A stretch of 64,000 bases of DNA from Podarcis cretensis (GCA_951804945.1 OX638156.1:50778001-50842000); one strand, 5' to 3'; positions 48,698-63,589 are shown, counted from the first letter of the stretch. Notes: generated by a model from the sequence alone, not told the origin. Program-made: numbers and translations.

Positions 48698-51600
48698 TGA
48701 GAGTTCACAGCCTGAAGAATCATATATGATATAATAACTGTTCCTAACATTTACCTGGACTAATTTGGAAAGGAAAAATTATGTTTCCCCTTAGTCCAGG
48801 CCTCTTGGACCAAGCCAAAGTTTAGCCCTTAAAGCTTCTCTCTGAAAGTGCAAAAGGAAAGGCCATGGACGGGAGCTTGTTGCAGAAAAGGCTGGCATAG
48901 GAGGCAGCACTTCACAACACACATGGGGTTATTTCCACCTTAAGAGCTGAGGCTGGCACACGCCACAGCTTGCCCAAGGCCTCCCCGGGGACAGGGCTCC
49001 AACCGCCAAGTTGCCCAAGCCCAAGGCCCAAACTGACAATAAAAAGCTGTGTGGGAAAACCCACATGAAAAAAACGGAACAGGGAGCTCTAGGGCAGAGG
49101 GGAGCAGAATTCCTCTTTAAAGAGTTGGCTTGAAGAAGATGAGAAACCTCCTCCTCCTCCATGAACAGAACCATGGAGAGGAAAAAGGCTCCAATGAGGC
49201 CATTTGAGGTAGCCCCTAAACTGGCTCAGCTGGAGCTGCCTATGGCTCTAGGGTACAGGTGGCCAACTTCCAGCTCTGAGGCCTGATCTGCCCACCCTCA
49301 AGCTTCAAGCAATTTTTTCAGTCCCCAGCCAAAACCCCACTAACTTTGGCAGTGGGGTCAAAAGTGTGGGGAAGTGAAGCAGACACAGTGCTGGAACAGG
49401 CAATACTCTGTGCTCAGGAACAGATGCAAATTGCCCCCTCCTTGGTCACCACAACATTAACAGAGGGGGCAATAAGCCCCCTTCTGCTGATCCAGAAAGA
49501 TTTTCATTTATGTAGGGCTGTAAGGTGGCGGTTTGTCCTGGATCCTAGGCAAGTCAATTGAACAATTGCATTTTGGGGCCTTTTTAGAGCTCAACAACTT
49601 TCAGGGTGTCCTGGTTTTTACTTTTTGAAATATGGCAACCCTAATTTATGTATTTTTTTAACATTTACAATGCACCAAAGGATCTCGGGGTGGTATACAT
49701 GGTTTTCCCCCTCCCCATGTTATCCTCACAACAACCCTGTAAAGTAGGTTAGGCTGAGAGACCGACTGATGCAAGGTTACCCAGCAAGCGTCTCATGGCT
49801 GCATGGGGATCTGAACCCTGGTCTCCCAGCTTAGTTCAACACTCCAATCACTACAGATGGGGCAGGGAAGGCTGTGTGTACATGACAGTGTGCAGGGTGG
49901 CTATACCCACCTCTGGCCCTCAGAGAGCATGGCCAAGGGTGAATGTGGCTCTTGTGCCAAAAAAGGTTATGCTGGAAGTGCAATGATCCTGCCCCCTTTC
50001 TCAGTTGTTTAGGCTTGCTTGCTTGCTTCTGCAGCAGGTAAGGTGCGGCGGCGGGGAGGGGGTGTGTGCTTTCTCTGTGATACCATCCACCAGGGAGTCT
50101 TGAGAATCACAGAGGACTCTGTCCCCCACTCTGGGTGCAGTAAACAGTGCTCTGGACACTTTAAAGCTCTAGGGGCTCAAAGCAGCGTAAAGCAAAATTC
50201 TGCTTCCAAGTTTATTTTTTAACTGTGGTCCATCGCAAAATATCCAATACTGAATACATGCGAACCACACATTGTCAACAGCAGGTTCAAGGACCACATC
50301 CAAGGTACAATTACAATTTCCTCCTGTGGCTCAGACTGGCTGAAACCTGCCAATATCCTGGTTCTGTGCTTCCCCCCGCCTTTTCTTTTGAGAACAATCA
50401 TGTTACTCATTTCCGGCTTGTAAAGCAATGGGCTAGTAAATCTGCAATGAGACAGCAATACTTTTATGTGGGGGGTGCGGGAGGGAAGACTGTGGGGCCT
50501 GGAGCATCTTTGGGGATGCCAAGCAGTGAGTCAGTGGCAGAGGCTACCTGGCCAAGACTGAAGTCTCTCCTGCCCTGCTTATTTTCAGCTGCTTGTCTAG
50601 CTGGAAATGGTAGGGAGATGTATGTTCTGGAATGGGGTGCATGTGTGTTGGCAGCCAATGGCTCTTTGGGGGAAAGGGCAGCGGGTAAGATGTGACAGCT
50701 GCCCCACATCTTAGCCTCTCCCCTACATCATCGCAGCCCTTTTGAGGCAATGCCGACGTGACTCTCAAAGCTGAGCTTAGCACTTTGCTTCTGACTCAGT
50801 CCCCCTGGCAAAGTGGGAGGGTTCATCAAAGCCATCGCAAAGTTGCTAAACGTGCAAGGATCAATGCTTTCCATGTCACTGGTGGGAGTGGCAAGATGTC
50901 TTTCGCCTGCAGGGCACACATGAGCCTTTCACAGGCTCAAGCCAACACAAGTACAGGAAGGAAAAGGCAGGCTGAGGAGATTCTCCCTTCAGCTCTTTGG
51001 GTGTTGCAGCCAGAAGAGCAGGTCCTCTGTATTCCCTCTCTCCCACCTTCTTCTACCTGACAGGTGTCTGAGCCAGGGGCTTCCTGCTGGGACTTCCCAG
51101 GTGCCCTATACAAACTGCACAGAAAAGGTGCAGCATGAACTTTGGAAGGGTTGAAGACTTCCTCCTCCTGAAGCAACTGGGAGATTTTTTTATCCATCCA
51201 TCACCTTATTTATGGGTCTTCCTGCCCAACCCCACAGTACTTTAAATAAGTGTTTGTTACTCATCCTGAGCCCTTAGGATGTTACTGGGATAAAAATCTG
51301 AATTATTATGAATTGCACTGCACAATGAGGAAAGGGAGCTGGCTTGCACCCAAATGCCTCCTTACACTTTGAGGGTGCCAAGGAATCCCGAGAAGAAACA
51401 GTGAAAAAATCCATCGGCCCAGAAAGCTGGTGGTGGATACTATTACTGTCCCACTTTCCTCGCCTCTGTCTCTATGAAAAAGAGGTGGGAGGCCTCTTTC
51501 AGCCTCCATTTAGCCCAAAATATATGCTACTCTGCAGTGAAGCTTTCAGGACAGTTTTCAAAAACAAGATAAAAAGCCCACAACACATAAATACATGGAA

Positions 51601-52597
51601 AGAGGAATCCCATACCCCTGTTATGCTAGACTGCAAGAGGAGTTTGACTCTTGGATCAGGTTAAAGGCCTATATAGTCAGGTATCCTGTTCTCATAGCAG
51701 CCAACTAGATGCTTTTGATGAAGTCCGTAAGCAAGCAGCCTGACTGCAACAACTCTCCCTGCTTGTGATTCCCCGCAACTGGTATTCAGAGGCAGACTGC
51801 CTTCAACACTGGAGGTTAAAACACAGCCATCAGGATTACACGGCTACACCAGGACTGGAGGTATGGTGCAAGTGTGCTCCTTCCCTGCACTGCCCCTGGC
51901 TCAGACCAGCAGAATGGCCAAATGTTCTGAGAAAGTTCTCTCTCTGGTTGCCATCTGCCTTAACAGGGCAACGGGTGAAGAGCCACTGCAGTTTGACTCT
52001 ACCAAGGCTAAAAGGTGGACTCCTTTTGCTCCAAGAAACCACAGCATCTCAGACAATCTTGTGTGGCAATCTTGAGTTCAGCCTAGAATGTTCCTCTTTC
52101 CTTCTGCACTATCTGTACACAGCAGCTGATTAATTATGGACCCGGAGACATACACAACATTCATTCAGCACCCTGCTACCACTGCCAACACACAAGTATG
52201 GGGGCTACCTTGGAACGACTCCTCCAGGACACACTGTACAAAGGGATGAAGTAACAGGGAACACAATTCTGTTGAATACAGGATGCCACAGTGCTCGTTT
52301 CCTAAGAAGACATCCAGGGACACTGGCTACCAGCTCAATATTTGCATAGCATATCTGTCTGGCTTATACCAAATCACCTTGCTATTCTTCAGAAGGAAGC
52401 CAGTGAGAGATTGCTTTGTTCAAGGAATTAGTGGTGGCTTCTTCCAAAAGGAGGAGAGCAGAGATGCTGCCAATGGACAGGAGAGGAAGTGAGAGTTGAT
52501 CGGAAGGACGATGTCCAAGCAAATTGCACAGACCAGTATAACTGGCAATGAGACCAGGCCAATTCCAGTTTTCAGATGACCAAGAAGAATTCAGGGA

Positions 52598-52785
52598 AGA
52601 GCTGTGGCTCTGTGGTAGGGCACTTGCTTTGCATGTGCAAGGTTCCAGGTTCAATCCCCACATTCCCAGGTGGGGCTGGAAAGGAACAACTCCCTGCCTG
52701 AACCCCTGGAGGGCTGCTGCCAGTCACTGTAGAGGCAATCCTTGGCTAGGTGACCCAATGGACTGACTCAGCATAAGACCATGTA
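52598..52785 (+). mobile_element. Squam3-like SINE
   Basis: tRNA-like head; further copies at ~53668-53809(+), ~56685-56850(-) and ~58380-58548(-). Confidence 0.72.
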
Positions 52786-53451
52786 CCTGATGTCAGCTGA
52801 CGCTCTACTGTGCTCACATGCCCAGCATCTTCATGCTTAGTACCTTTCCAGAGAAACACTTAACTGTCTCCCAGCCACTTCTGGAGAAAAAATGCCTCCT
52901 TCACCTGGGATAAGGAAAACAGCATTTGCTCAGCAGAGCCACTGAGTCGTGAAGCAGCATTTGAATTACTAGAGAGTCTGGGGTGTGAGGATACACACTT
53001 TTCTTTTATGTCAGCAACTTTAGCTGATTTTTAAAAACGTAACGCAGTGGACGGGGCTAAAACTGGAGGGAATCAGGTTGTGGGGCTTCTTGATTTTATT
53101 AATGGCCGCCCCTCACTCCTCTTCTTCCAGTAAATTGAGTAGTGTTGTGAAACTCCACATCTCAACACACAAAATGCAAAAGTGGAAGCTGGGCAGAAGC
53201 AACCTCTCAAACACCTCCCATTCCTAGGAGTGAGGGTGGGAGATCTTAGTGCCCCTAAACTAGAGGGGCTTTTGGCTTGATCCAGCCAGGCGATCTGTCC
53301 TTTTTTAAAATTCATGTCCAAGCAGCACAACTTTCCACAGACAAGGAGCTTGGTGTTGGCCGCTACATAATTAGTCTGGCTAGACAGCAAAAAGCTTCTA
53401 TTTTCATTCTCAGCAGAACTCAACACAAACAGCCAGATTCTGCCTACTTAC

Positions 53452-53509
53452 CTTGGATAGCAGAAAGATAAACAAAGGAATCCTCATGCTCCAAATTTTC
53501 CAAAAAAAC
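53452..53509 (-). CDS. TANGO6: TANGO6 exon (VFLENLEHEDSFVYLSAIQG)
   Basis: TTCCAG acceptor, GTAAGT donor, 58 nt. Confidence 0.94.
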
Positions 53510-54522
53510 CTGGAAGGATAAAGTCCAAGAATCACCTAACTTGCATTCAAGTAGGATAGTCTTCATAGCCTCAGTGCTGATGCCTTCCCAACAGAAGACA
53601 GTATCTCCTACATCCCTCATGTCACACACAAACCAAAAAATCCAGAGGTTTTGCTAACTGAAAACAGTCAGTGGTATAGCATCTGCTTTGCAAAAGGTGT
53701 CCCCAGGTTGAATCCCCAGTGGCATCTCCAAGTATAGCTGGGAGAGACTCCCAGCCTAAAACTGTGAGATGGACCAAGGGTCTGCCTTGTATAAGGTGGC
53801 TTCCTATGTCAGCTTAACTGGCAATTGACAACTAGGCAGGGAAGAAGGAATCCTGGAGGTTTTTGGAACCCATCATGGATTTGACTGTTTTGACAGAGGG
53901 AAGGGTCAGATGCCCATGGTTAGAACTGGCTTCCTCAACCAATGGGAGAGAGGTGTCTCAGCCAGCATGTGAATGATGCCCTGCCATACCAGCCTGTGTT
54001 AACTCAAACTAGAAGTACTCCTGGCATGATGTACCAAAGGAAGAAAAGAGAGGGTCACACCCCACCAAAAAGGAGAAGGGTCTCCCTTACTTTTCAGGGC
54101 ATTGAAGACTACTATCTGTTGTAGGGCAAATGCTAGTGACTTAAAAATTAAACTTCCACATTACCCTCCCCCTGCGAAAAAAGGCATGCAGGTATCTACA
54201 AGTGGTTACAATAGCTTTTGCCAACCCAGTGCCCTCTAGATTTGGACTACAACTCCCATCAAACCCAGCCAGAACAGCTGAGCTTGCTAGGGCTGATGGG
54301 AACTGTAGTCCAAAACATCTGGCATGCAGCAGATGGGCAAAGGTCAGGTTTACTTAAACCACCAGCAATATGCCAGGGTTTCAAAGTGAGTTCTTCCATG
54401 CAGGAACACCCTTAGTTGGACAGGCCATCACTAAAGGGAGTATGAAAGCAATGAAGGCGCGCACGCACTGCAGCCTCGTGGGTGTTCTCAGAGGACTAAC
54501 ACAGTGTACTCTGAGTGTCTAC

Positions 54523-55035
54523 CTTCAGCAGCTTCTCTTGAATCTTCAGGGCTTCAGAGTCCCTCTGCTCTATTAAGCGGGAAAGACTACGCAAGGCAGC
54601 TGCTCGTGCTGGAATGTCTGGGTCATAAACTGATAAGAGAAGTTCTTGCAGGTCCTGAGATCCACAGCCTGGCTCTGCAACAGATTCCCCAGCCAGAGGC
54701 CCTCTTGGCGGGTTGGAAATGGGGTCTGTGCCCGAGCTGCTCTCCATGTGGTCCTGTGGCAGAGCCGCCTCGGGCTTGGAGGTCTCTCTAGGGGGCCTTT
54801 TGGTGAGGCCTTGTCTTACGAGAGCTCTTGGTTTGAGTGCCACTCCTGCATCACTCTTGCCCAGGGTACTTTGCGCAGCAGAGCTGACTGTCTCCGTGGA
54901 AAAAGCTCCGTGGGTGCAGATGGTGATACGCAAGTCAGCAGCAAGCTCCTGGATGACAGGCTCTGGATGAACGTGGGAGAGATCCTCCAGCAGGGGCACC
55001 AGCCCCTTCAGGGAAGCAAAGTCGGCCGGTTTCAG
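54523..55035 (-). CDS. TANGO6: TANGO6 exon (LKPADFASLKGLVPLLE...IQELAADLRITICTHGAF...QEKLLK)
   Basis: CTGCAG acceptor, GTAGAC donor, 513 nt. Confidence 0.93.
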
Positions 55036-55864
55036 CTGCAGAGAGATCATCAAGCATGTTAGTCCAGCCACAAAGAAAGACAGAATCAGGGCTTCTCCTG
55101 AGAACTTTCCCCAGGGCTGAAGGGAGGCTGTGTCAGGGGAAGGAACTGTAGGAAGGAAGCCTTTGCTGTGGTTACCGTTATGGGTGTATATGAAGGATCT
55201 GGCAGGGGAGATAAGATCATGCCCCAAGCCTACAGGTGCAAAGAGCGGATGGGGTGGGAAAGGAGCCGCTTTCTGGGACTCGTGCTAAGGGCCTTGGGGA
55301 ACATCTCAGGTGGTGGATTGCAAAGTAGATGAAGAGCAAAACAGGATGGGCAGAATTCACAGTACATATGCTGGAAACTGTCCACTTGAAATCTGGACAA
55401 CCCACTGCTGCACCCAGCATTGTTACCACACCAAGAACCATCTGCCCCTCCCCAACAACTTATTTTTAAGCAGCTTCTTAATGTGGCATTATTATAGTAG
55501 TACGTCGATTTCTGCAATTTGCCTTGTGTGTTAACCAGAGTGGAGGAAAATTATGTAAATAAGATCATCTTCATCACTCAAGGGTTTTCTGGAAACCACA
55601 TCCGACTTCAGCAAGAGGTGGTGCAAGTTTTGCTAGGGCCAGTGTGGAAAAAAAAGGCTATGGGAGAGGAAAGAATAAATTGATGTCTAGGACCAGACCC
55701 ACCAGGCAGCGACTTTTAAAATTTCCACTGTCATCTAGCAACAACCATTCCATCAGGCTATGACAGAGGGACCCAGGGCCTGGCTCCACTGGCTCAGCTA
55801 GCCATCTTTAGGCTCTTTCCATTGCAGCCATCTTTAGGCTACACATACGATGGTCTCTCTGTCA

Positions 55865-56068
<204 letters not shown>

Positions 56069-57798
56069 CTAGAGAGAGAGAAGCAAAGGGAGATTATCAT
56101 GTCATTCGGCTGAAAGACTGCCAAGACCTCAAAGACACACTGTACATCTATCTCAACAAACTCTCCAGAGTGTAACCAGAAGCTTGTTTATACAATCAAA
56201 ATTAAGGACTCTTATCCTGAGGTTATTACTCAGAGGATTCTGGGGGCATTTCAGCTACACTCCATCACTGACAACCTCAGGCCACTTCACAGGCCACTGG
56301 GTTTCTGCAAGAAACTGCAATATCAACAGCTCCCATCCTTGCCAAGGACCAGAAATTCTCCTTCTGCTGATATCAGCCTGGATTTGCCCCTTGACTATGG
56401 AAACAGTACCAGCAGTTTGGGTCTATCTTAATAAAGGTATTGCCCATCTGTGCGTTTTGAAACTATGTGTAGTAATGACTTGGAACCCCAGAGAGTGGGT
56501 TTAAAGTGCAGCAGTGTAGGACTCTCTAGACATGCAAACAGCCATGTAGCAGAATGCAACTCACAAGGGCTTATTGTCAGGGATGGGGAACTTGTGACCC
56601 TCCAAATGTTGTTGGACTACAACCCCCCTCCTCCATCATCTGTGACCATTGGTCATGCTGGTTGGTGCTGCTAGATCAATAATCTAGGAAGCTGCTTTAT
56701 GCCAAGTCAGACCAATGATCCATTTAGCCCAGTACTGTCTACACAGACTGCCAGGGGCTCTCCAGGATTCCAGACTGGGTACATTCTCATCCCTATCTGG
56801 AAACATTGGGGATCAAAACCAGGTTCTTCTTCCATTGAGCTATGTCCCTTCCCAGCAGCTACCCAGATGCTTCTGGGAAGTCTTCAAGCAGGGTGCGAGG
56901 GCCATGGTTGTCCATCACTGTATGCACCTCTGAACATGAACCTAGGCAGCCCTCTGGCAGGGAAGTCAAGGTCCCCTTGAATTTCTCTACCTTAAATAAA
57001 ATAAAACCCGCAGGGAGCCAAGAGATCTCCCCTCTCTTTCTTAGGGCGGCAGCATGGCAAATTACTGTCAGTATTGGTTCCCTTTGGGCATTGCACCCAT
57101 CTCTTTTTCTGATCTCAGAACAGGCAATTTTAAGCCCAGGCCCAAGCAAATTCTCCCTGCCAGGTGTGTCTGGTACCAGGTGTATCTGGAGGGCAGGCAA
57201 AGAGGGAGGTGGCGGAGGGGAGTTTAATAACTAAATCCATTAACCAGCCGCCTCCTGGGGAAAACAAACTCCTTTGGGTTTCCTTGACATACTTGTCTTT
57301 TCAACAAACTGCCTAATTATCCAAGTAAAAGACAAAGGGAGGGAGGAAGATTAGGTTTTGTGCACTCAACAAGTCTGTTTTTGTGGAAGACTATTGGATA
57401 CTTTTGTTCTTTCTAGGTCTCAGAAGAAAACTTTGCACTCAAAGCAGCTTCTCTCACTTGACAGTTTTGCTTTCCCCCACCCCACCTGCCACTACCAAAT
57501 CTGACAACCAGGCATTTTGAGCAACCTCCTCAGCTTTCCAAGGCTTGAAATTAACACAGCCCTTCCCCCACCCCTTTCTGCTGGCCACCTAGCCTAGTGA
57601 AACTGGTGCGGCACCTAAGGAAGGGGGAGGGGAGTCTGCTTCCGCTGTGACCACCCAGGCTGCTCCCAAGAATCGCTCAGCCTGGGGTCTCAAAAAAAAA
57701 CCTCTGCTGGCCCTGAAGTCACCACCTTCAGCAAACTCCCCTCCCAATCGTAGACTTCTTGTCCGATTGCAGCTCGGGAGACCACAGCCTCAACGAAC

Positions 57799-57993
57799 CT
57801 GTGAGATGTCTGTGAACAGCGCATCGGAGATCCTCTCGCACATCTTGCCAACCAACTGCAGCACCTGCAGCTGCCTCTCTTGCTGCTCAAGGCCAGGGCT
57901 GCAGCACTGCTCCAGGTCCAGAGGGCTGTTGCAGGAGGAGAGTGGGGCAGACTCCATTTTGTAAGCACCCTGTCCAGCCATGCGTGTCAGCTC
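57799..57993 (-). CDS. TANGO6: TANGO6 exon (ELTRMAGQG...QVLQLVGKMCERISDALFTDISQ)
   Basis: GACAG acceptor, GTTCGT donor, 195 nt. Confidence 0.9.
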
Positions 57994-59463
57994 CTGTCAG
58001 AGGGAGGGGGGCAGAATGGAAGAAGAAAAAAACCCCAGGCATTTAATCAGAGGAATGCACATAGGAAAAGGAACATATATATTGCTTTGGCATGTTAGTG
58101 CACTTTGGCCAGCACATTGCTGGTCAATGGGAAAGGATGAGATCTACAAGGAAGCAGAGGCTTAATTTGTTCTATGAAGACAACTTTCTGCTTTTTCTTA
58201 GGTAGACAAGTTGCTTTGGGAAGAAATTTCTGAGGCACATATACATGTACATATGAAAATGACAGCAGCATGCATGGTTGGGATTCTTCATCTGTGGCAA
58301 AAAGCTAACCAACAAATCCCTTGCTTCATCCCCACAGACACATCACAGTTCATTGAAAAATATTGCAGAAAAGGCCTTAGGAACCTTATACTGAGTCAGA
58401 CCATCTAGCTCAGTATTGTCTACACTTACTGACATTGTTTCTCCAGTTGCAGACTGCGGTCTTTTCTAGCCCTACCTGGAGATGCCAGGAAATGAGCCTA
58501 AGACCTTCTGCATGCAAAGCAGGTGCTCTACCATTGAGCCACAGCCCTTCCTTGTGCCTTGCAGAGGCAGGAACAGGTCTAGGACACAGACAGCAGCTGA
58601 GGCAGCAGCTTTAGGGATGATTCTAAGCTATTTACCTCCATTTTTACATGCTATTTATAGAGCAGTGGGGCATACTATGAATTATTAAGTAAATATTGTT
58701 GAATAGTAAACACAGAGAACAAGTAGAGGAGGGCTGGATGGACACCCACCCACAAACAGGAAGCCCCCTCCCCCCTGGAGAGGGATTATATCCATAGCTG
58801 TGAAACCCACAATTACACTTCAAAGATTCTCCTGTTGTCAAAACAGCCCCAGAAGGAACAGCAGTTAACCCTTTCCCACATTGACATCCGCTGTGCAGGA
58901 GGCAGACACAAAAAACCCTGCCATTAGCATCCATCTGTAACACTGCAATATTTGTACCAGCAAAACTTCACTGTCAGGAGTATGCACATACTTTAATCAG
59001 CTGCTTTCACTCAAAAGGGGCTCCAGCGAATTTCCAGAGCATCTTTCTCCCCAACTATATGCCCCACACAAAATGACTAGAGCCATTCCTTGCTTTTTTG
59101 CATTTCAAAAGAACTGCACAATAAAGGAAGTTCACAACTTTCAACAAACAGGCCAAACCTCACATGCTTTGCATCTCCATCACTGACTCATCACTCACCC
59201 AAGACTGCCTCTCACAGAGCTGATGCCTGACTGTCTAGTTGCATCATTTTGCCTCTTGCATCCCTGAAAGTACCTTTGAAGGGTTGGTGTTGCAGAGGGA
59301 GAACAATCACTCTGCATTAGTTAAACAGAGACTTGAGGAGGAGTTGAGGAACCCACTTTAAGTTAAAGGGGTTGTTTTCTTTTTTGCAAAGTTCTTAGTT
59401 TCTTCTCCAATGTTGCCTGCCTAAGGGTGGGGGGTGTCCCTTAAAACCACAGAAAGGGTTAAT

Positions 59464-60128
59464 AGTAGCTCAGTGGTGGAGCATCTGCTTTAATGCAGAA
59501 GGTTCCAGGCTCAGTCCCTGGCATCTCCAGGTAGAACTGGGAGAAACTTCCTGCTTGAAACCCTGGAGAACTGCTGTCCATTAGTGTAGCCCAGATGTTT
59601 TCAACCTTTTTGGGTCCACAGCTCCCCTGACCATCTACATTCTTTCTGTGGCACCCCTGTGGGGCTCAGGAGCCCAGTTATGTCACCTCTTGCCTGTAGA
59701 ACTGGCAGCCCTCACTACTTTTCGAACACCCTCCATTGTGGAGTGTTCCCTCAACCTTCTCTCTTCTCCCTTCTCCTTGGGAGGCTTCTGGGCTGCCACC
59801 CCTGGTCTCTGAGCAGTCCCCTGTGCCCCAAGGAGAGGTGCCTCCTCATATTACCCACACAGGGGCCAGGGAAGCACCCCCTGGCCAGCCCCAGAGGCAT
59901 TATTCGCCTGGGGAGCTTATAGCCAGGGCTGCTGCAACAAGCAGCCGTGCAAGCCTTTGGGAGCCAGAGATGTGAGAGGACATCAGAGGAGGGAGGGAAG
60001 GAAAGAGGCACAGAGGCCACTGTTGCCTGCAGCACCCTTGACCATCATTCAAGGCATCCCAGGGTGTAGCCACTACTGAGCTAGATGGGCCAGTAGTCTG
60101 ACTGAGTATAAGGAAGCTTCCTATGTTC
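59464..60128 (+). mobile_element. Squam3-like SINE split by an hAT-type insertion (59592-60063)
   Basis: SINE halves rejoin across the 8-bp direct repeat GTGTAGCC (59584-59591 / 60064-60071); the insert starts CAGATGTTTTCAACC. Confidence 0.75.
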
Positions 60129-60180
60129 AAGCAGAGAAGGATCTTTCCCATCACCTGTGGTTACCTGATATATATTTTTA

Positions 60181-60429
<249 letters not shown>

Positions 60430-62275
60430 TCACAAAGGAGAGTCACAGCTTTCCTGGCAGCAACTCTGAGCATCTTACATTCCACTTCCATCCTTCTGCA
60501 AGTGACCTCAGGCCAGCTCCTTAACAAAGGGAGGATCTTTTGAGCCACCAAGAGCAGGCAGCTGTGTTGCTCATCAACAATCTTAAGAAGCACTTGAACA
60601 GCTCTACAGCAGCCTTCCCCAACCTGGTGTCCTCCTGATGTTTTGGACTACAACTCCCATCAGCCCCAGCCAGGACGGCCATGGCAGGAGTTGCAGTCCA
60701 ACAACATGTGAAGGGTACCATATCCTGGGGTAATGTTTCACACTGCAAAGCCAAGAGTCCAGCAGTCTGCCTAGAAAGTTGATTTGAGAGGGTAGCCACC
60801 CAAAAGCATGCCTGCTCTCCCTCACTGTGTGCAGGAAGATCACAGGCCTGTTGACAGCAATACTCTGCAGCAATGCTCTAACAGCATGCAATGTGAGCTG
60901 GGAGAGGTTTTCCACTCCCCACACTCCCTGCTACCTTGGTTAACAGGATTAGGTTTTGTGCTTTGACTAGCACAAGAGGCCCAAGTTTCCTCAGATAAGT
61001 TTGTAGGGCTAAATATATGAACATTGGGTTTTGCTGCCAGGTGTTTTTTGTTTTTGGTGGTATTGGCCACCCTGGGAGTTTTTAAAATGGAAGGATACCA
61101 CTCATGTTTTGAAAAATAAAAGAACAAAGCATGGCAGAATGGCTAATAAAAACTTCACCAGCCTTGGCCTTCCAGATGTATTAGACTATAGCTCCCATCA
61201 GCCTCAGCTCAGCCAATATGGCCATATGATGTTGGGGCTGATGAGAGTTACAGTCCAAAACATCCGGAGGGCACCAGGTTAGGGAAGGCTAGGCTAAGAG
61301 ATAAGGAAATTCCTCATCTGAATCTTGCCTCTGCCATACACCACTCTCTTTCTCTCTCTGTCTCAGTCCCACATCTGCAACAGGGGATAATCACACTAGC
61401 CTGCTTTACCCGGTTGCTGTTAGGATCACAATGAGGTGATTTAGGTGAAGTATTTTACACACATGAATGGCAAACTCGTGGAAAGCAAGAGTGGAGGTTC
61501 AACTCTGCAAGTCAACTCACACTGCAAGCCCAACATTCAAGAGAAGGCAGAGGCAACTCTTTGGCAACACACTAAATCAGCAGAGGCTTGTAGCACTTTA
61601 AAAGGCTAGCAAATAAGGCACAAGTGTTCATGGACTGGAGATGTATGAATAGCTATCTTCAGTTGGCAGGTAGGGGTGTCAGGAGTGGGGAGGACAAATG
61701 TGAACTGGACACCAAATGGCTAAGAAATATAAAAAGTCCAGTCTGTGACAATTATGCGCAAAGTGAAGTTTCCATTCATTACACCAGTAATTGGTGAAAA
61801 CACCACCACCATAACATTATGAAGTTAATTAGCACCTTCAGCGAGACAGGAAACCACCAGGTAACACAGGAATGGTTGCAGAAAGACAAAACAAAAATAA
61901 TCCCAGGTTATAAAACACAGTGCCCATACATGGGCTTGTGAGTGGGAAAATCTGACATTGAAATTGGCTGAACAAGAGGGGGAAAAGGGGGAGCTTGCAC
62001 TGCACACTTGGGAGGCTAGAGTGCACCTTCGCCCTCTGATTCTCAAGGGTTTGATTCAGGTGCTGTGAGAGCCGGAATGGGCTCCTTCAGCTCAGTCACA
62101 TATGCTGGGGTGAGGTAAGGGAGCAACTTTGACATTCTGTTCTCAGCACAGAGCAGCAATAGAGCTCTGTAAATGTCTCCCCCGCCACCCACCTGAGTAG
62201 CACTGCTGCACTGAGTAGCAGTATGGCCTAGGTGATAAATTAGACTCCAAAAACAGGGTTCCTCTTCTCTCCTGT

Positions 62276-62410
62276 TAGGGTTGCCATATGTCCTCTTTTT
62301 CCAGGACACACCCTCTTTTTCATGGGTAGTGTCATCATAGTGATCCATAGTTAAAAGTAGAAGTTAGCAAATGTGTCCTCTTTTTTGCTCTCCAAAATAT
62401 GACGACCCTA
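62276..62410. mobile_element. hAT-type MITE with TAGGGTTGCCA termini
   Basis: TAGGGTTGCCATAT ... ATATGACGACCCTA; related element at ~49512-49643. Confidence 0.65.
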
Positions 62411-63412
62411 CCTGTAGCCTGCCATTAGCATACTGGGAGTGTTTACCATCCGTGCATGCAGCAGTCATTGGGGGTTCTTGGGCTTAGAATTTGAGCTTTC
62501 GCTTCTGTTCATTTGCTGACTCCTCAGAGCCAGCCCTCCCCGCAGCCCCTGTAGCTGACAGCTTTGTGGTTTTCAATTTCAGTTACATGAGCCTCTGGCA
62601 AGGAGAACTTTGGAAGTCCAAGATAAGGCCCACAAGAGCTCCAGATTCCCTTCTCTTTCCACTTTGATGAGTCTTCCATTTCCTTCCAGCACATCACTCC
62701 CCAGTGCTTGGGGCTTCACACTGTTTCATCATTTCGTCATTACATCAGCACTCATTCACAAAGAAATGAGAACATCAGAAGAGCTTAGCTACTGAATTAG
62801 GCCAAAGGGGGCCATCTGGTCCAATACCTGGTTCTTACAGGGCCAACCAAATGCCTCAGTGGGAAGCCCAAAAGCAGGACCTGAGCACAGCAGCACTTGT
62901 GCCACTTGTGATTCCCAGCAACTGGTAATTCAGAAGCAGACTGTCTCTAAAAGCAGAGGGAGAACGTAGCCACTGTTAGCCCTATCCCTTTGCGACCCTT
63001 CTGCAAATTGGCATGCGCATACTGTACACACAACTGCTCTTAAGGACACATAAGTGAAGCAACACCTCCATACGTCCTGTTACTTGCTCAAAGAGCCAGA
63101 CAGAAGCACTCACTCCACTTCACAGTCTGCAACCACTTATACATGAATGCAGGTGACACAAGTCTGCCCAGCCTCAAGAAAAGCTGTGGCCCTCTTCCCC
63201 CAGCATGCCACCTGTGCCAACGAGCCTGAAGCTTCACAAACACCTTATCTGAAAGATTCACATTTCCAGAAAGGTATTTTGAGGTGCTGTGTCCACTTCC
63301 AGAGAAGACACAGGACAGGCAACCCTGGAAATCAGACAGCCACAAGGCTCTATCTTCTCTGCTTTGAGAAGACCACCCCAGAACAACTGGAAAGCCACAT
63401 GCAGTTTCTCAC

Positions 63413-63589
63413 CTGATAGTCTCTTTGATGGTGACTACAGCGCCCCCTTCACTGCCTGCCTGAAACTGACAGAGTGGATGGAGCAGGTGGGTGGCTCCTC
63501 CAAGCCTTGCAAGTCCTTCCAGGACGGATAGTGCAGTTTGCCTCTTGCATTTCTCCAAGAACCATAACAGGATCTCTTGGCATGGAGTG
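63413..63589 (-). CDS. TANGO6: TANGO6 exon (TPCQEILLWFLEKCKRQTAL...AVVTIKETIS)
   Basis: TTGTAG acceptor, GTGAGA donor, 177 nt, phase 2-2. Confidence 0.9.

Noticed and set aside
57988-57996. NAGNAG tandem acceptor CAG GAG (also at 39341)
   Set aside because: GAG acceptors are rarely used, and there is no evidence without RNA data.
59464-59535. tRNA-like sequence (also near 38455 and 52600)
   Set aside because: These are SINE heads followed by SINE body sequence, not intact tRNA genes.
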